This document shows positions 41,372-51,200 of a stretch of DNA of 64,000 nucleotides, one piece after another; the stretch's first letter is position 1, and the number at the start of each line of letters is the position of its first letter. The translations under genes and the position numbers were made by a program. Origin of the DNA: an uncultured bacterium (GTDB lineage: Bacteria; Oederibacteriota; JAAXVQ01; JAUVAV01); assembly GCA_963710755.1 (NCBI GenBank), contig CAVQBK010000003.1, forward strand, positions 960,001 through 1,024,000, read 5' to 3'. The notes below the pieces were generated by a model. That model was not told the DNA's origin, did not search any database, and saw nothing but the letters and a program-made list of their open reading frames with translations.

Positions 41372-42457
41372 ATGCAAAGAAATAAAACCAGAAGTGTAAC
41401 CATAGGTTCGGCGGTGATCGGCGGCCGCCATCCGGTGTTGATCCAGTCCATGACCAACACCAAGACCCATGATGAGAAGGCTACGCGGCGACAAATAAAA
41501 AAATTAGTGTCAGCAGGCTGTGAATTAGTACGTGTGGCTGTTCCCGATAAGAAAGCCCTGAGCGTATTACCGGCATTGATTGCCAAAGCGCCGGTACCCT
41601 TGATTGCAGATGTGCATTTTGACAAGGCCTTGGCCCTGGGGGCTATCGAAGCCGGGATCGCTAAAGTACGGATCAATCCGGGGAATATGGGGTTGGACGC
41701 CTCCCGGGAAGTGGCCAAACGAGCAGCGCTTAGAGGGGCGGCCGTACGCATTGGGGTGAACGCCGGCTCCTTACCAGAGCAAGCTAAAAAGCAATGTAAA
41801 ACGCCGCAAAGCTTGGGCAGGCTTATGGCACGCACGGCCTTGCGCTATGCCCGGGTGTTGGAGCAACAGGGATTGACCGCTATTGTACTTTCGGTCAAAG
41901 CCTCGTCCATTCCGGCAACTATTACCGCTTACCGGCATTTGGCAGATCAAAGTGACTTTCCCCTACATCTGGGGCTGACGGAAGCCGGCGGTTTTCTGGC
42001 AGGATCGATCAAGACCGCAGCCGGGCTGGCCCCGTTGCTGCTCGACGGTATCGGCGATACCCTGCGGGTTTCGCTTACCGGGGATCCGGTGAACGAAATC
42101 CAGGTGGCCAATTTACTGTTGAATTTCACTGGTGTGCGCAGGAGAGGCGTGGAGCTTATTGCTTGTCCTACCTGTGGGCGTACGGAGGTGGACTTAACCG
42201 CTATGGTGGAACGACTCGAGAAAGCTTTGGCCCACGTGGTTCATCCCCTAACCGTGGCGGTTATGGGATGTGTGGTTAATGGGCCCGGTGAAGCCCGGCA
42301 TGCAGATGTAGGGCTGGCCGGCGCTGCGGACGGCACCTTTATGCTGTTCGCCAAAGGCCGCGTTTTAAAACGAGTGCCCGCAGCCATTGCGGTTCCCGCG
42401 CTGTTGGCAGAGATTGAGCAGTTGCTCCATCGTGATAAAAAGGAAGTTCAACCATGA
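41372..42457 (+). CDS. ispG: HMBPP synthase
   Basis: QSMTNT, RINPGN, CPTCGR and GCVVNGPGE. Confidence 0.97.
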   Translation: MQRNKTRSVTIGSAVIGGRHPVLIQSMTNTKTHDEKATRRQIKKLVSAGCELVRVAVPDKKALSVLPALIAKAPVPLIADVHFDKALALGAIEAGIAKVRINPGNMGLDASREVAKRAALRGAAVRIGVNAGSLPEQAKKQCKTPQSLGRLMARTALRYARVLEQQGLTAIVLSVKASSIPATITAYRHLADQSDFPLHLGLTEAGGFLAGSIKTAAGLAPLLLDGIGDTLRVSLTGDPVNEIQVANLLLNFTGVRRRGVELIACPTCGRTEVDLTAMVERLEKALAHVVHPLTVAVMGCVVNGPGEARHADVGLAGAADGTFMLFAKGRVLKRVPAAIAVPALLAEIEQLLHRDKKEVQP

Positions 42458-43434
42458 TCCTATACAAACCATGGATGATGCTGCTGGTGTTGGGCATCAG
42501 CCTGCTACAGCTCCTGTCGGGATGTTCCAACAGTCCGGGCGCCATTACGGTAGAGCCCAATCCGGTGGGCTTGGCCATTGATCCCAGAGGGACGCATTTG
42601 TTTGTGGCCTGCCAAGGGGGAAAGCAGTTAATCGCCTGGGATCTGATAAAGAAAAAACGTACGGCCGCGGTCACCATCGAAGGAGAGGCTGGCCGCATAT
42701 ATATTGATCGCTATCAAACCCATCTGGTGGTGTTGGATCAGGCACTAAAGAAAATATTATATTTTAATTATCCGCTGTTGAAGATGGTTTCAGAACGTTC
42801 TTTGGCTGACGCGCCCAGTGCCTGGGTGCAGGACTCACAGACGCATTTACAATATGTGGCTAATCGGGAGAAAAACATAGTCCAACCCTATCTGGATAGT
42901 CATGCCATGCCCCTGATTCCAATCGGTCTGGGACCGGCTGATCTGGCAATTCAGCCTGAGACCAATTTGCTATGGTCAGCCAATGAAAAAGCTAATGAAG
43001 TGGCCGTAGTGGATATGGCTTCCAACTTGGTGCTTAAAAGGATACATGTTTGGGCCAATCCCCATCGTTTGGTTTTTTCGCCCCTGGGGGATAAGTTATT
43101 CGTGCTCTGCCTTGGCCATGATGCCGTGCCTTCCAAAAGTGTCATTCAAACTATCGATTTAAACTATCAAACCGCAGGTTTGACTTGGGGCTTGGGACCG
43201 CAGGAGCGGCATTTGGCCATGGATCCCAAAGGACGCTTTTTGTTTACCGCAGGACAAGAAGAGGTTAAAATCATCTCCCTGGATACCGGCATTACTTTAC
43301 AGCGTCTGGCCCTGGCCAAAGCGATCAATGGTCTGGCCGTATCTCCAGACGGGGAACGGCTCTATGTGGCCTGTCAGGACGAATCCGTAGTGCGGGTGTT
43401 CCCAGTAGACAGGGAACATTTAATCGAACAATAG
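42454..43434 (+). CDS. YncE/YVTN-type beta-propeller lipoprotein
   Basis: Lipobox LSGC; repeated P.GLAI.P.G..L.VA blades. Confidence 0.75.
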   Translation: MILYKPWMMLLVLGISLLQLLSGCSNSPGAITVEPNPVGLAIDPRGTHLFVACQGGKQLIAWDLIKKKRTAAVTIEGEAGRIYIDRYQTHLVVLDQALKKILYFNYPLLKMVSERSLADAPSAWVQDSQTHLQYVANREKNIVQPYLDSHAMPLIPIGLGPADLAIQPETNLLWSANEKANEVAVVDMASNLVLKRIHVWANPHRLVFSPLGDKLFVLCLGHDAVPSKSVIQTIDLNYQTAGLTWGLGPQERHLAMDPKGRFLFTAGQEEVKIISLDTGITLQRLALAKAINGLAVSPDGERLYVACQDESVVRVFPVDREHLIEQ

Positions 43435-43449
43435 ATTGAGGACAAGCGT

Positions 43450-45165
43450 ATGCGTTGGACAAAAACTCTGTTAGAAACCCAGAAAGAAATTCCTGCGGAA
43501 GCAGAGGTTATCAGCCATCAAATGATGGTGCGGGCGGGATTGATCCGTAAAGTCGCTGCCGGTATTTATGACTACCTGCCCTTGGGCTATCGGGTGGTAC
43601 GAAAAATTGAGACCATTATTCGCGAGGAGATGGACCGCGCCGGTGCATTGGAAGTCCTCCTGCCCATTCTTTCCCCTGCCGAGTTATGGCAGGAAACAGG
43701 ACGGTGGGATAAATATGGTGCGGAACTATTCCGGGTTAAAGATCGTCACGACCGCGCCTTTGCCCTGGGCCCCACTCATGAAGAAGTGATGACGGATCTG
43801 GTTCGCCAAATGGTCAAATCCTACCGCCAACTGCCGATCAATCTGTATCAGATTCATACCAAATTCCGTGATGAGATCAGGCCCCGCTTTGGGGTCATGC
43901 GCTCCCGGGAATTTATTATGAAGGACGCCTATTCCTTTAACCGCAATGAGCAGGGTGCCCAGCAGGATTATCAGACCATGTTCGAGACCTATCATCGCAT
44001 CTTTGAAAGGTGCGGATTGCGGTTTAAAGCCGTAGAAGCGGATTCAGGCACTATCGGTGGCTCTTTTTCCTCGGAATTCATGGTGTTGGCCGATACGGGT
44101 GAGGATGCCATTGCCACCTGTTCCGTCTGCCATTATGCAGCTAATACAGAAAAAGCAACCGGCCGGGTTAAACCAGCACCAGCTGGGGATGAGAAGGCGC
44201 CATTGACACTGGTAGCCACGCCTAACCGCCATAGTGTACAGGATGTCGCCGATTTTCTGAACGTGCCCCTGACGCGCATCGCTAAAACCATGCTCTACGA
44301 TGCCGACGGCCAAGTGGTGGCGGTATTAATTCGCGGCGACCGGGAAGTTAATGAAGTTAAATTGTTGAATCATCTGGGAGCTACAACCCTCAAGCTGGCC
44401 TCGGTTCAGCAAATAGAAGCAGCCACCGGTGCGCCTGTAGGATTTGCCGGTCCTTTCGGGCTTAAAGGTGTAGCCCACCTGTTGATGGACAGGTCTTTGG
44501 AAGGCACTGTTGATCTGGTGACCGGGGGAAATCAAAAGGACACCCATGCCACCGGCGTCCAGCCCGGTCGTGATTTTCAGGCTGAACAAATTCTGGATCT
44601 CACTGTGGCTCAAGCCGGCGATGGTTGTCCTTGTTGCAATGGAGAACTTACCATTGAACGGGGCATTGAGGTAGGCCATGTCTTTAAATTGGGGTTGAAA
44701 TATTCGCAAAGTATGAATGCCACTTTTCTGGATGAGGCCGGCCAGAGCCAATTTTGTGTTATGGGGTGTTATGGCATCGGCGTTACCAGAATTGTGGCTG
44801 CTGCCATTGAACAAAATCATGACGAGGCGGGTATCAAATGGCCCATGGCCCTGGCCCCTTATCAGGTAATTCTGTTACCATTGACCCCCAAAGACGAAAA
44901 AGCCCAAGCCATGGCCGAATCGGTTTATGAAGAGCTGACGACTGCTGGGCTGGAGGTGCTGCTGGACGACCGGGATGAACGGGCGGGGATTAAATTCAAG
45001 GATGCCGATCTGCTGGGTATCCCCATCCGGCTAACCTTTGGCAAGAGTGTGGCCGATAATAAAATCGAATTGAAGCGGCGTGATCAAGAGGAGAAAAGTT
45101 TAATCGAAAGGGATCAAATAAAACCAGTGATCATTGAAATGATCACCAAAATGATGAATGGATGA
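43450..45165 (+). CDS. proS: proline--tRNA ligase with editing domain
   Basis: LGPTHEE, KFRDEIRPRFG, MGCYGIG and DADLLGIP. Confidence 0.98.
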   Translation: MRWTKTLLETQKEIPAEAEVISHQMMVRAGLIRKVAAGIYDYLPLGYRVVRKIETIIREEMDRAGALEVLLPILSPAELWQETGRWDKYGAELFRVKDRHDRAFALGPTHEEVMTDLVRQMVKSYRQLPINLYQIHTKFRDEIRPRFGVMRSREFIMKDAYSFNRNEQGAQQDYQTMFETYHRIFERCGLRFKAVEADSGTIGGSFSSEFMVLADTGEDAIATCSVCHYAANTEKATGRVKPAPAGDEKAPLTLVATPNRHSVQDVADFLNVPLTRIAKTMLYDADGQVVAVLIRGDREVNEVKLLNHLGATTLKLASVQQIEAATGAPVGFAGPFGLKGVAHLLMDRSLEGTVDLVTGGNQKDTHATGVQPGRDFQAEQILDLTVAQAGDGCPCCNGELTIERGIEVGHVFKLGLKYSQSMNATFLDEAGQSQFCVMGCYGIGVTRIVAAAIEQNHDEAGIKWPMALAPYQVILLPLTPKDEKAQAMAESVYEELTTAGLEVLLDDRDERAGIKFKDADLLGIPIRLTFGKSVADNKIELKRRDQEEKSLIERDQIKPVIIEMITKMMNG

Positions 45166-46327
45166 ACCCATGAACATAGGACTGGTCACGGACACGTACT
45201 TCCCCCGGGTCAACGGGGTGGCAAAATCAATCCAAACCTTTGCCCAGGAATTTGAAAAGCTCGGCCACAAAGTTTATATTTTTGCACCGCAATTTCCGGA
45301 AGCCAAAGAGTCCACGGAAACTCTTTGGCGATTTCCCTCGCAGTATCTGTTCTTTAATCCTGAAGACCGGCTCCCCAATCCTTTTAAAAAGCAATCCCGT
45401 CTTTTTTTAAAAAAAGTCTCGTCTTTGCATCTCGATGTCCTTCATACCCAGACGCCTTTCGCTTTGGGTATGGCCATGGCCCGCTTGGGCAAACGCCTGG
45501 GAATTCCCACGCTGCACACGTATCACACTTTATTTGAAGCCTATATGCCGCATTATTTTCCTTTTGTGCCCAAGGCCTTGAGTATTCCATTTGCCAAAAA
45601 ACTTAGTAAAATTCTGTGTGATATGCATGATTTTATAATTGTACCGTCAACATCTATTTATGAACGGCTTCAGAGTTACGGTGTGACCAAGCCTATAAAA
45701 ATTCTGCCGACCGGCACCGATCTTTCACCCTTTAAGCAGGTTGATCATCGCCGGATGCGTCAGCAAATCGGGCTCGCTGAGGATGAACCTATGCTGCTGA
45801 CTATGGGACGGGTGGCCCATGAGAAAAATCTTCCTTTTCTATTGGATGTGTATGAAAAACTCGCGCCCCGTTTTCCCAAAGCACGTTTGGTAATTGCCGG
45901 CGTGGGACCGGCCCTGGAGAGTGTGAAGGCCGAGACCAAACGACGGAAATTGGAAAATAAGGTGATGTTCATTGGGCTGCTGTCAAAGCAGGATTGGGCT
46001 GATCTCTACGCGGCCGCGGACATTAACCTTCTGGCTTCGGTTACGGAAACCCAGGGGCTGGTGCTCACGGAAGCCATGGCCGCCGGCACGCCTTGTGTGG
46101 CAGTAGCTGCCATGGGGGTAAAAGATGTTATGGCCGGTGGCGGCGGGTTGGCTGTGAACCTGGATGTGAACGAGTTTGCCGAGGCGGTTACCAGGCTATT
46201 GACGGACAAGGCGTTGTATGCAAAAGCCTTGGAAGAAGCGGCCCAGCAGGCCATTAATTGGTCAGCTGAAACCAAAGCCGAGGAAATGCTGGAGACTTAC
46301 CAGAAACTCATTAACAGTAAAAAATAA
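45158..46327 (+). CDS. glycosyltransferase family 4 (diacylglycerol glucosyltransferase-like)
   Basis: TDTYFPRVNGVA, HTYHT and ETQGLVLTEAMAAG. Confidence 0.9.
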   Translation: MDEPMNIGLVTDTYFPRVNGVAKSIQTFAQEFEKLGHKVYIFAPQFPEAKESTETLWRFPSQYLFFNPEDRLPNPFKKQSRLFLKKVSSLHLDVLHTQTPFALGMAMARLGKRLGIPTLHTYHTLFEAYMPHYFPFVPKALSIPFAKKLSKILCDMHDFIIVPSTSIYERLQSYGVTKPIKILPTGTDLSPFKQVDHRRMRQQIGLAEDEPMLLTMGRVAHEKNLPFLLDVYEKLAPRFPKARLVIAGVGPALESVKAETKRRKLENKVMFIGLLSKQDWADLYAAADINLLASVTETQGLVLTEAMAAGTPCVAVAAMGVKDVMAGGGGLAVNLDVNEFAEAVTRLLTDKALYAKALEEAAQQAINWSAETKAEEMLETYQKLINSKK

Positions 46328-46395
46328 ACCCAATCAAAATTGGTAAAAATCGACTAAAGCCAACACCATGGTTATACAGGTTATGGAGTACGCTG

Positions 46396-46698
46396 ATGGA
46401 AGACCATTTATCTGAAGAAGACATTAAAAAACTGTTTAAAATTAGGAAAAAAAAGCAATGGCTGGTTTTTATACCAGCTGTTATTTTTATCGTTGGATAC
46501 CAACTCTTGGGTTGGATGGGCGCCACCCATATTGGCGGGCTTCCGCGGCAAATTTTGTTCTATCCCTTCATTTTATTTATTATGGTAGGCATTGTGTATA
46601 TTTATATCAATTGGCGTTGTCCTGTATGCCGGAAATATCTGGGTGCCACCTTTAATCCTCGTATTTGCCCGAAATGCGGGACCACGCTCCGTGACTAA
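46396..46698 (+). CDS. small two-TM protein with a C-terminal zinc ribbon
   Basis: Two hydrophobic segments, then WRCPVC...CPKCG; GGAG RBS. Confidence 0.7.
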   Translation: MEDHLSEEDIKKLFKIRKKKQWLVFIPAVIFIVGYQLLGWMGATHIGGLPRQILFYPFILFIMVGIVYIYINWRCPVCRKYLGATFNPRICPKCGTTLRD

Positions 46699-46785
46699 AA
46701 GAGAAAGCCTATCCAGCACCTCATCTTCTTCCAACATTTCAAATAACCGGGAGCTCAATTAAGCCCGTAAAAATTCGTTTTTTCA

Positions 46786-46813
46786 TTGAGCCCCTTCCCG
46801 TTTGGCGTATAAT
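46786..46813 (+). promoter_or_regulatory. candidate sigma70 promoter
   Basis: TTGAGC-N16-TATAAT. Confidence 0.45.
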
Positions 46814-46953
46814 AAAGTCCTATTTCAGCTTAAAACAATCAGTTTTGGATAGTTGCGGCTATTTTTGCATTAAATAATGTCGCGAATCATATCCGAAATG
46901 GGTTGGAATCCTCGATAGGCGAGGTTTTATTTCGTTAAAAAAATTAAAAAAAG

Positions 46954-46982
46954 TGAAAGAAAATTTATAATCGTCCGTCTAA
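46954..46982 (+). promoter_or_regulatory. candidate ECF-sigma promoter (copy 1)
   Basis: A-tract followed by TGAAAG-N16-CGTCTAA. Confidence 0.5.
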
Positions 46983-47072
46983 AGAAACATAGCAATAAAA
47001 ATTTAAGGAAGTCGCGAGTGGATCTTAAACCATAAGCGGGAACTTTTCACTTTAACGGCTGGGAGGGAAAAA

Positions 47073-48014
47073 ATGGAGCCAATGTCCGGAAGCAAGCGAT
47101 CATTTCCACTTCGTGCTGTTCTTTGGTCTTTCAAGACCTGCTTTTTTGCTGCTATGATAATGATGTTTACAGGGATAGCGGTGCCCCAACTTCTCCGGGC
47201 CATGACCATTCATACGGCTGAAGAAACAGTTGCCAAGGATATTACCCAAGCCTTCAACCAAGTTACAGTGAAAATGTTCAACGGTTATATTAAAGTAGAA
47301 GCAGTTCCCCAGAAAAACGCTACCATGACCATTGTCAAACGGGGCAGTGGTTACAGTCCTGAAGAAGCCAAAGCGGATTTAAAAAATATTGATATCCAAA
47401 TAGCGGTCAAGGCAGGCCGTCTGGAAATTATTGCCAGACGTCTGGATAACCGTCTGGATCGGCCCAATAGCGGTGCCTCTGCCTCACTTCAAGTCCCGGT
47501 GAGCACCAGCTTGCTGCTGGCTTCCAGCAACGGCGAGATTGACGCTTTGGGTCCTGTAAATGCTGTTACAGCCAGTACCTCCAACAATCCAATTCAAGTG
47601 GTCGGGGCTAAAGGTCCATTGACCCTTGAAACCAGCAATGATCCCATTAATGTCGACGGTGGCAGCGGAAAATTAGTCCTGAAAAACAGCAATGGCGAGA
47701 TCACGGTCGTTAGTCAGTCGGCTGAAGTCTTGGCCGAGACCTCCAATAGCGCCATTCGCTTTGAAGGTGGCTTATTACCAGGTACCAGTCGATTTTCAAC
47801 CAGCAATGACGACATTACCTTGGTCCTAGGAAGTAGCACGGCCTTTAGCTTGGACGGGGAAACCTCCAATGGCGAAATTCGCAGTGATTTCAAATTTCAC
47901 CACCAACCATCGCAAAACGACCAAGACGTTGTCAAAGCCCAGACCAGCGCTCATCCAGCGGTTAAAATTATCTGCCGCACCAGCAATAGTGATATTACCA
48001 TCAATAAAAAATAA
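47073..48014 (+). CDS. DUF4097-family beta-strand-repeat protein
   Basis: N-terminal TM; repeated (T/S)SN(G/D/S)xI motifs. Confidence 0.8.
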   Translation: MEPMSGSKRSFPLRAVLWSFKTCFFAAMIMMFTGIAVPQLLRAMTIHTAEETVAKDITQAFNQVTVKMFNGYIKVEAVPQKNATMTIVKRGSGYSPEEAKADLKNIDIQIAVKAGRLEIIARRLDNRLDRPNSGASASLQVPVSTSLLLASSNGEIDALGPVNAVTASTSNNPIQVVGAKGPLTLETSNDPINVDGGSGKLVLKNSNGEITVVSQSAEVLAETSNSAIRFEGGLLPGTSRFSTSNDDITLVLGSSTAFSLDGETSNGEIRSDFKFHHQPSQNDQDVVKAQTSAHPAVKIICRTSNSDITINKK

Positions 48015-48020
48015 AAAAAA

Positions 48021-48049
48021 TGAAAGGAAATCCGGGCAAACCTGTCAAT
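48021..48049 (+). promoter_or_regulatory. candidate ECF-sigma promoter (copy 2)
   Basis: A-tract followed by TGAAAG-N16-TGTCAAT. Confidence 0.45.
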
Positions 48050-48160
48050 ACTAAGGGCGTAAAAATGATTTGAAATATTTTAGGCAGCACTAACCGGAGG
48101 CCCGATTATCTGATATACTTGCTTATGGTTTTAACGTTCCTTCATAATAAGTTCTCATTG

Positions 48161-48261
48161 ATCCCGGGGCAAACCTTGGGGATGAATGCGAAACAGTAAA
48201 ATAAAATTTCACTCGACTCAAATGCCCCACATTCGGGGCAGACCCGCGGCTTGCCGTGGGG
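48161..48261. repeat. pair of inverted REP-like hairpins (REPIN/MITE-like relic)
   Basis: ATCCCCGGGGCAAACCTTGGGAT (48161-48183) and CCCGCGGCTTGCCGTGGGG (48243-48261) are degenerate inverted copies. Confidence 0.5.
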
Positions 48262-48293
48262 AGATTTACGGGTCTTGCGCCCCGGAGGACGAC

Positions 48294-51200
48294 ATGTTAT
48301 TAGGGAATACTCAGTCTTTTTGTTACAGGAGCATGGTTGTCCTTGCTACAGCTATCTGCTTTTTAATGGTTCCTTCGTTTGCCTTATCCAAAAAAAAACC
48401 TGACGTCGTAGAAATTCGGATTAAAAGCGGCGGCCGGGACCAGAAAATCCAAGAAGGATTGGATAAAACCAATCAAGGTATTGCTGCCGCCATGAGCGAC
48501 AGCGAAGAAGGAATTGAGCAAAGCAGCGGGGCAGTCAGCCGGCATGAGATCAAAGAGGAAATCAGCAAACGTTCTTCCGAGGGTTTTAGCTCTGATACTG
48601 GAAAAAAATACAAGGAAATGGGAAGCCAACTCCAACAGGAAAATGAAGCGAGAGGTACAGAACTTCGGGAAACTTATACCCGACAAGGCGACCAGCTCAG
48701 AGCTGAAAACCAAGCTCGAGGTGATGAAGTAAAAAAAGAATCTCTGGCAAAAGTACAAGAAGCGCAAGATGAAATCAATGCTGATAAAATGAAGGATGAA
48801 TATGAACAGAAGGGTGCAGGTTATGCTAACAAGGCTAAACACGATCTGGGCGAAACTCTCTGGAAAGCTCATAACAGCCTTAATGATTCGGCTAATGCTG
48901 ATAAAAGGAAATTGAATTATGTGAGCGCTGAAGCCAACTACAAAGCCGCCGACAAATTGGTTGCTATCAAAAAAAAGCTGGACAAGACGGATGTCAACGG
49001 CAGCGTTCCCAAAGATGCACAACCCGATTCAACCGTTGATTATGAATCGTCCGGCAATAACATCTTGGCGGGACAAGATTCCAGTGACAAAAAAGCCGGT
49101 AGCAACAATCAGTCTAACATAAAGAACCCGCTTTCTAATGAGGTTATAAATGAAGGCGTTGTGACGATGTTAAAACAAAGCAAAATCCAATCATATATGG
49201 AAAGCAATATGGATAAGGCCACAGCTTTGCAAAAAAATAATCCCAGCGGGGCCGGCGTGGATTCTGGGCAATTCACCCAATCTGCCGGCGGTCTGACGGA
49301 TCAGTATCAGGGTACAGGTAATAATATTGGAATGCCAGGCGTTAATGGCAATGCCGATTTGATGTCCGGCACTATGGCTCAGAGTGGCGTAAAAATCACT
49401 GAAAATGGATCCAGGCAGGGTATTGGCACTGCTGCAGCTAACGGAAATAACGGATATGGATACATGGCGGGCAGTAGCATAGACGGCACTGGCAAAGGTA
49501 GCAACTATAGTAATGTTGCTACAAGTGGTAGTGGATCGGCTAACATTGAAGGTGCCAGCCATTCTGGCAGCAGTTCGGCCAGTAATGCAAATAGTTATTC
49601 TCAAAGCTCAGAAACTTATGCTGGCAGCAAAAGTGCCGGTGCCGGTAGTGGTGTCTCGAATTCTGCAGCAGGCACGGATAAAATAAATAGTAATTATGGT
49701 GGCGGTGGGGATAGTAGTGGGTCCGGATCTTCCGCATCCGCAGAAGCGGGCAGCAACGGCCAAAATCCCCGCAGCGGCGACCAATCGGAAAAAGCTGAAT
49801 CGCCAAGCGCCAGTAAGACAAGTGCCAAGCAACAGGGCAATTCTGGTAAACCCCAAAATGTTGCTGCAAACAGCAGTGTAGGAAACAAGCAGACTGTCAA
49901 AGGCCAGCCAGTTAATAACCCGTCTTCCAGCAAAAAAAATGCCAACGCCAACTCTTTGGCCCACGCTTACAAGCCTAAAACGGGTGGCACCAAGACTGCG
50001 GGTATTGTGGTCAATAGTGTGGATTATCATAGTACAGCAATTAATGCTGCCGTAGGCGAGAATGCAACATCGAATTTGGGGTCCATCGTTTTTAAAGGCA
50101 GTGAAATCAACGGCGTTGTTGTTAATAGCGATCAGGACGGCAATAATCGCATTAATGCTGCCGTGGGCGCCGCAACAGCCGCAAACCAAAGCAGTGTGGT
50201 TACTCGAAACAGCAAAATCAAGGGTGCAGTTGTCAACGCGGTGAGGGGACAAAACATGGTCAATGCGGCGGTGGGCGTAAACGCAGAAGCCAATCAAGGA
50301 TCTGTAGCTGTCAAAGAAAGCCAGGTCAACGGTGTCTTGATAAACTCATCCAGTAGTCAAACCCAGGTTAATGCGGCCATTGGCGAAAATGTTACCGCTA
50401 ATCAATCCGCAGTCCAAATACGATCCAGCCAAATGTCGGGTGCAGCGGTGAACGTGCAGAAAAGCCAGAACGCTATCAACGCAGCCATTGGAAACGATGC
50501 GCACAGTAACCAAGCCAGCACCCATTTAAAGAACAGTAAACTCGAAGGTGTGGCTGTTAATGCGGCCACAGGGAATAATCATATCAATGCAGGAATTGGT
50601 GCCGATGTTAAAGCCAATCAAACGTCCACGCATATGGAAAACAGCACCCTGCAAGGTGTGGCGGTCAATGGCGCTGCTGGTACCAATCTTACCAACGTGG
50701 GGATTGGGGGAAACGTGAAGGCCAACCAAGCGTCCACGCATATGGAAAACAGCACCCTGCAAGGTGTGGCGGTCAATGGCGCTGCTGGTACCAATCTTAC
50801 CAACGTGGGGATTGGGGAAAACGTGAAGGCCAACCAAGCGTCCACGCATATGGAAAACAGCACCCTGCAAGGTGTGGCGGTCAATGGTGCTGCCGGTGCT
50901 AATCTCACCAACGTGGGGATTGGGGAAAACGCGAAAGCCAACCAAGCAGCCACGCACATGGAAAACAGCCGGCTGCAAGGTGCTGCCATAAATATTGCCG
51001 GTGGTGCAGCGGCGACCAATGTTGGGATCGGTGAAAATGTAAAAGCCAACCAAGCGTCCACGCATATGGAAAACAGCCGGCTGCAAGGTGCTGCCATAAA
51101 TATTGCCGGTGGTGCAGCGGCGACCAATGTTGGGATCGGTGAAAATGTAAAAGCCAACCAAGCGTCCACGCATATGGAAAACAGCACCCTGCAAGGTGTA

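Noticed and set aside
48031-48070. c-di-GMP-I riboswitch (GGGCAAACC...GGGCGTAAAA)
   Set aside because: It lacks the GAAA tetraloop stem and a recognisable P2/receptor; the segment is better explained by the ECF-like promoter. An Infernal search would settle it.
48186-48293. N-terminal 36 codons of the 1515-aa ORF
   Set aside because: They overlap the hairpin element; the GGAGG RBS and signal peptide point to the ATG at 48294.
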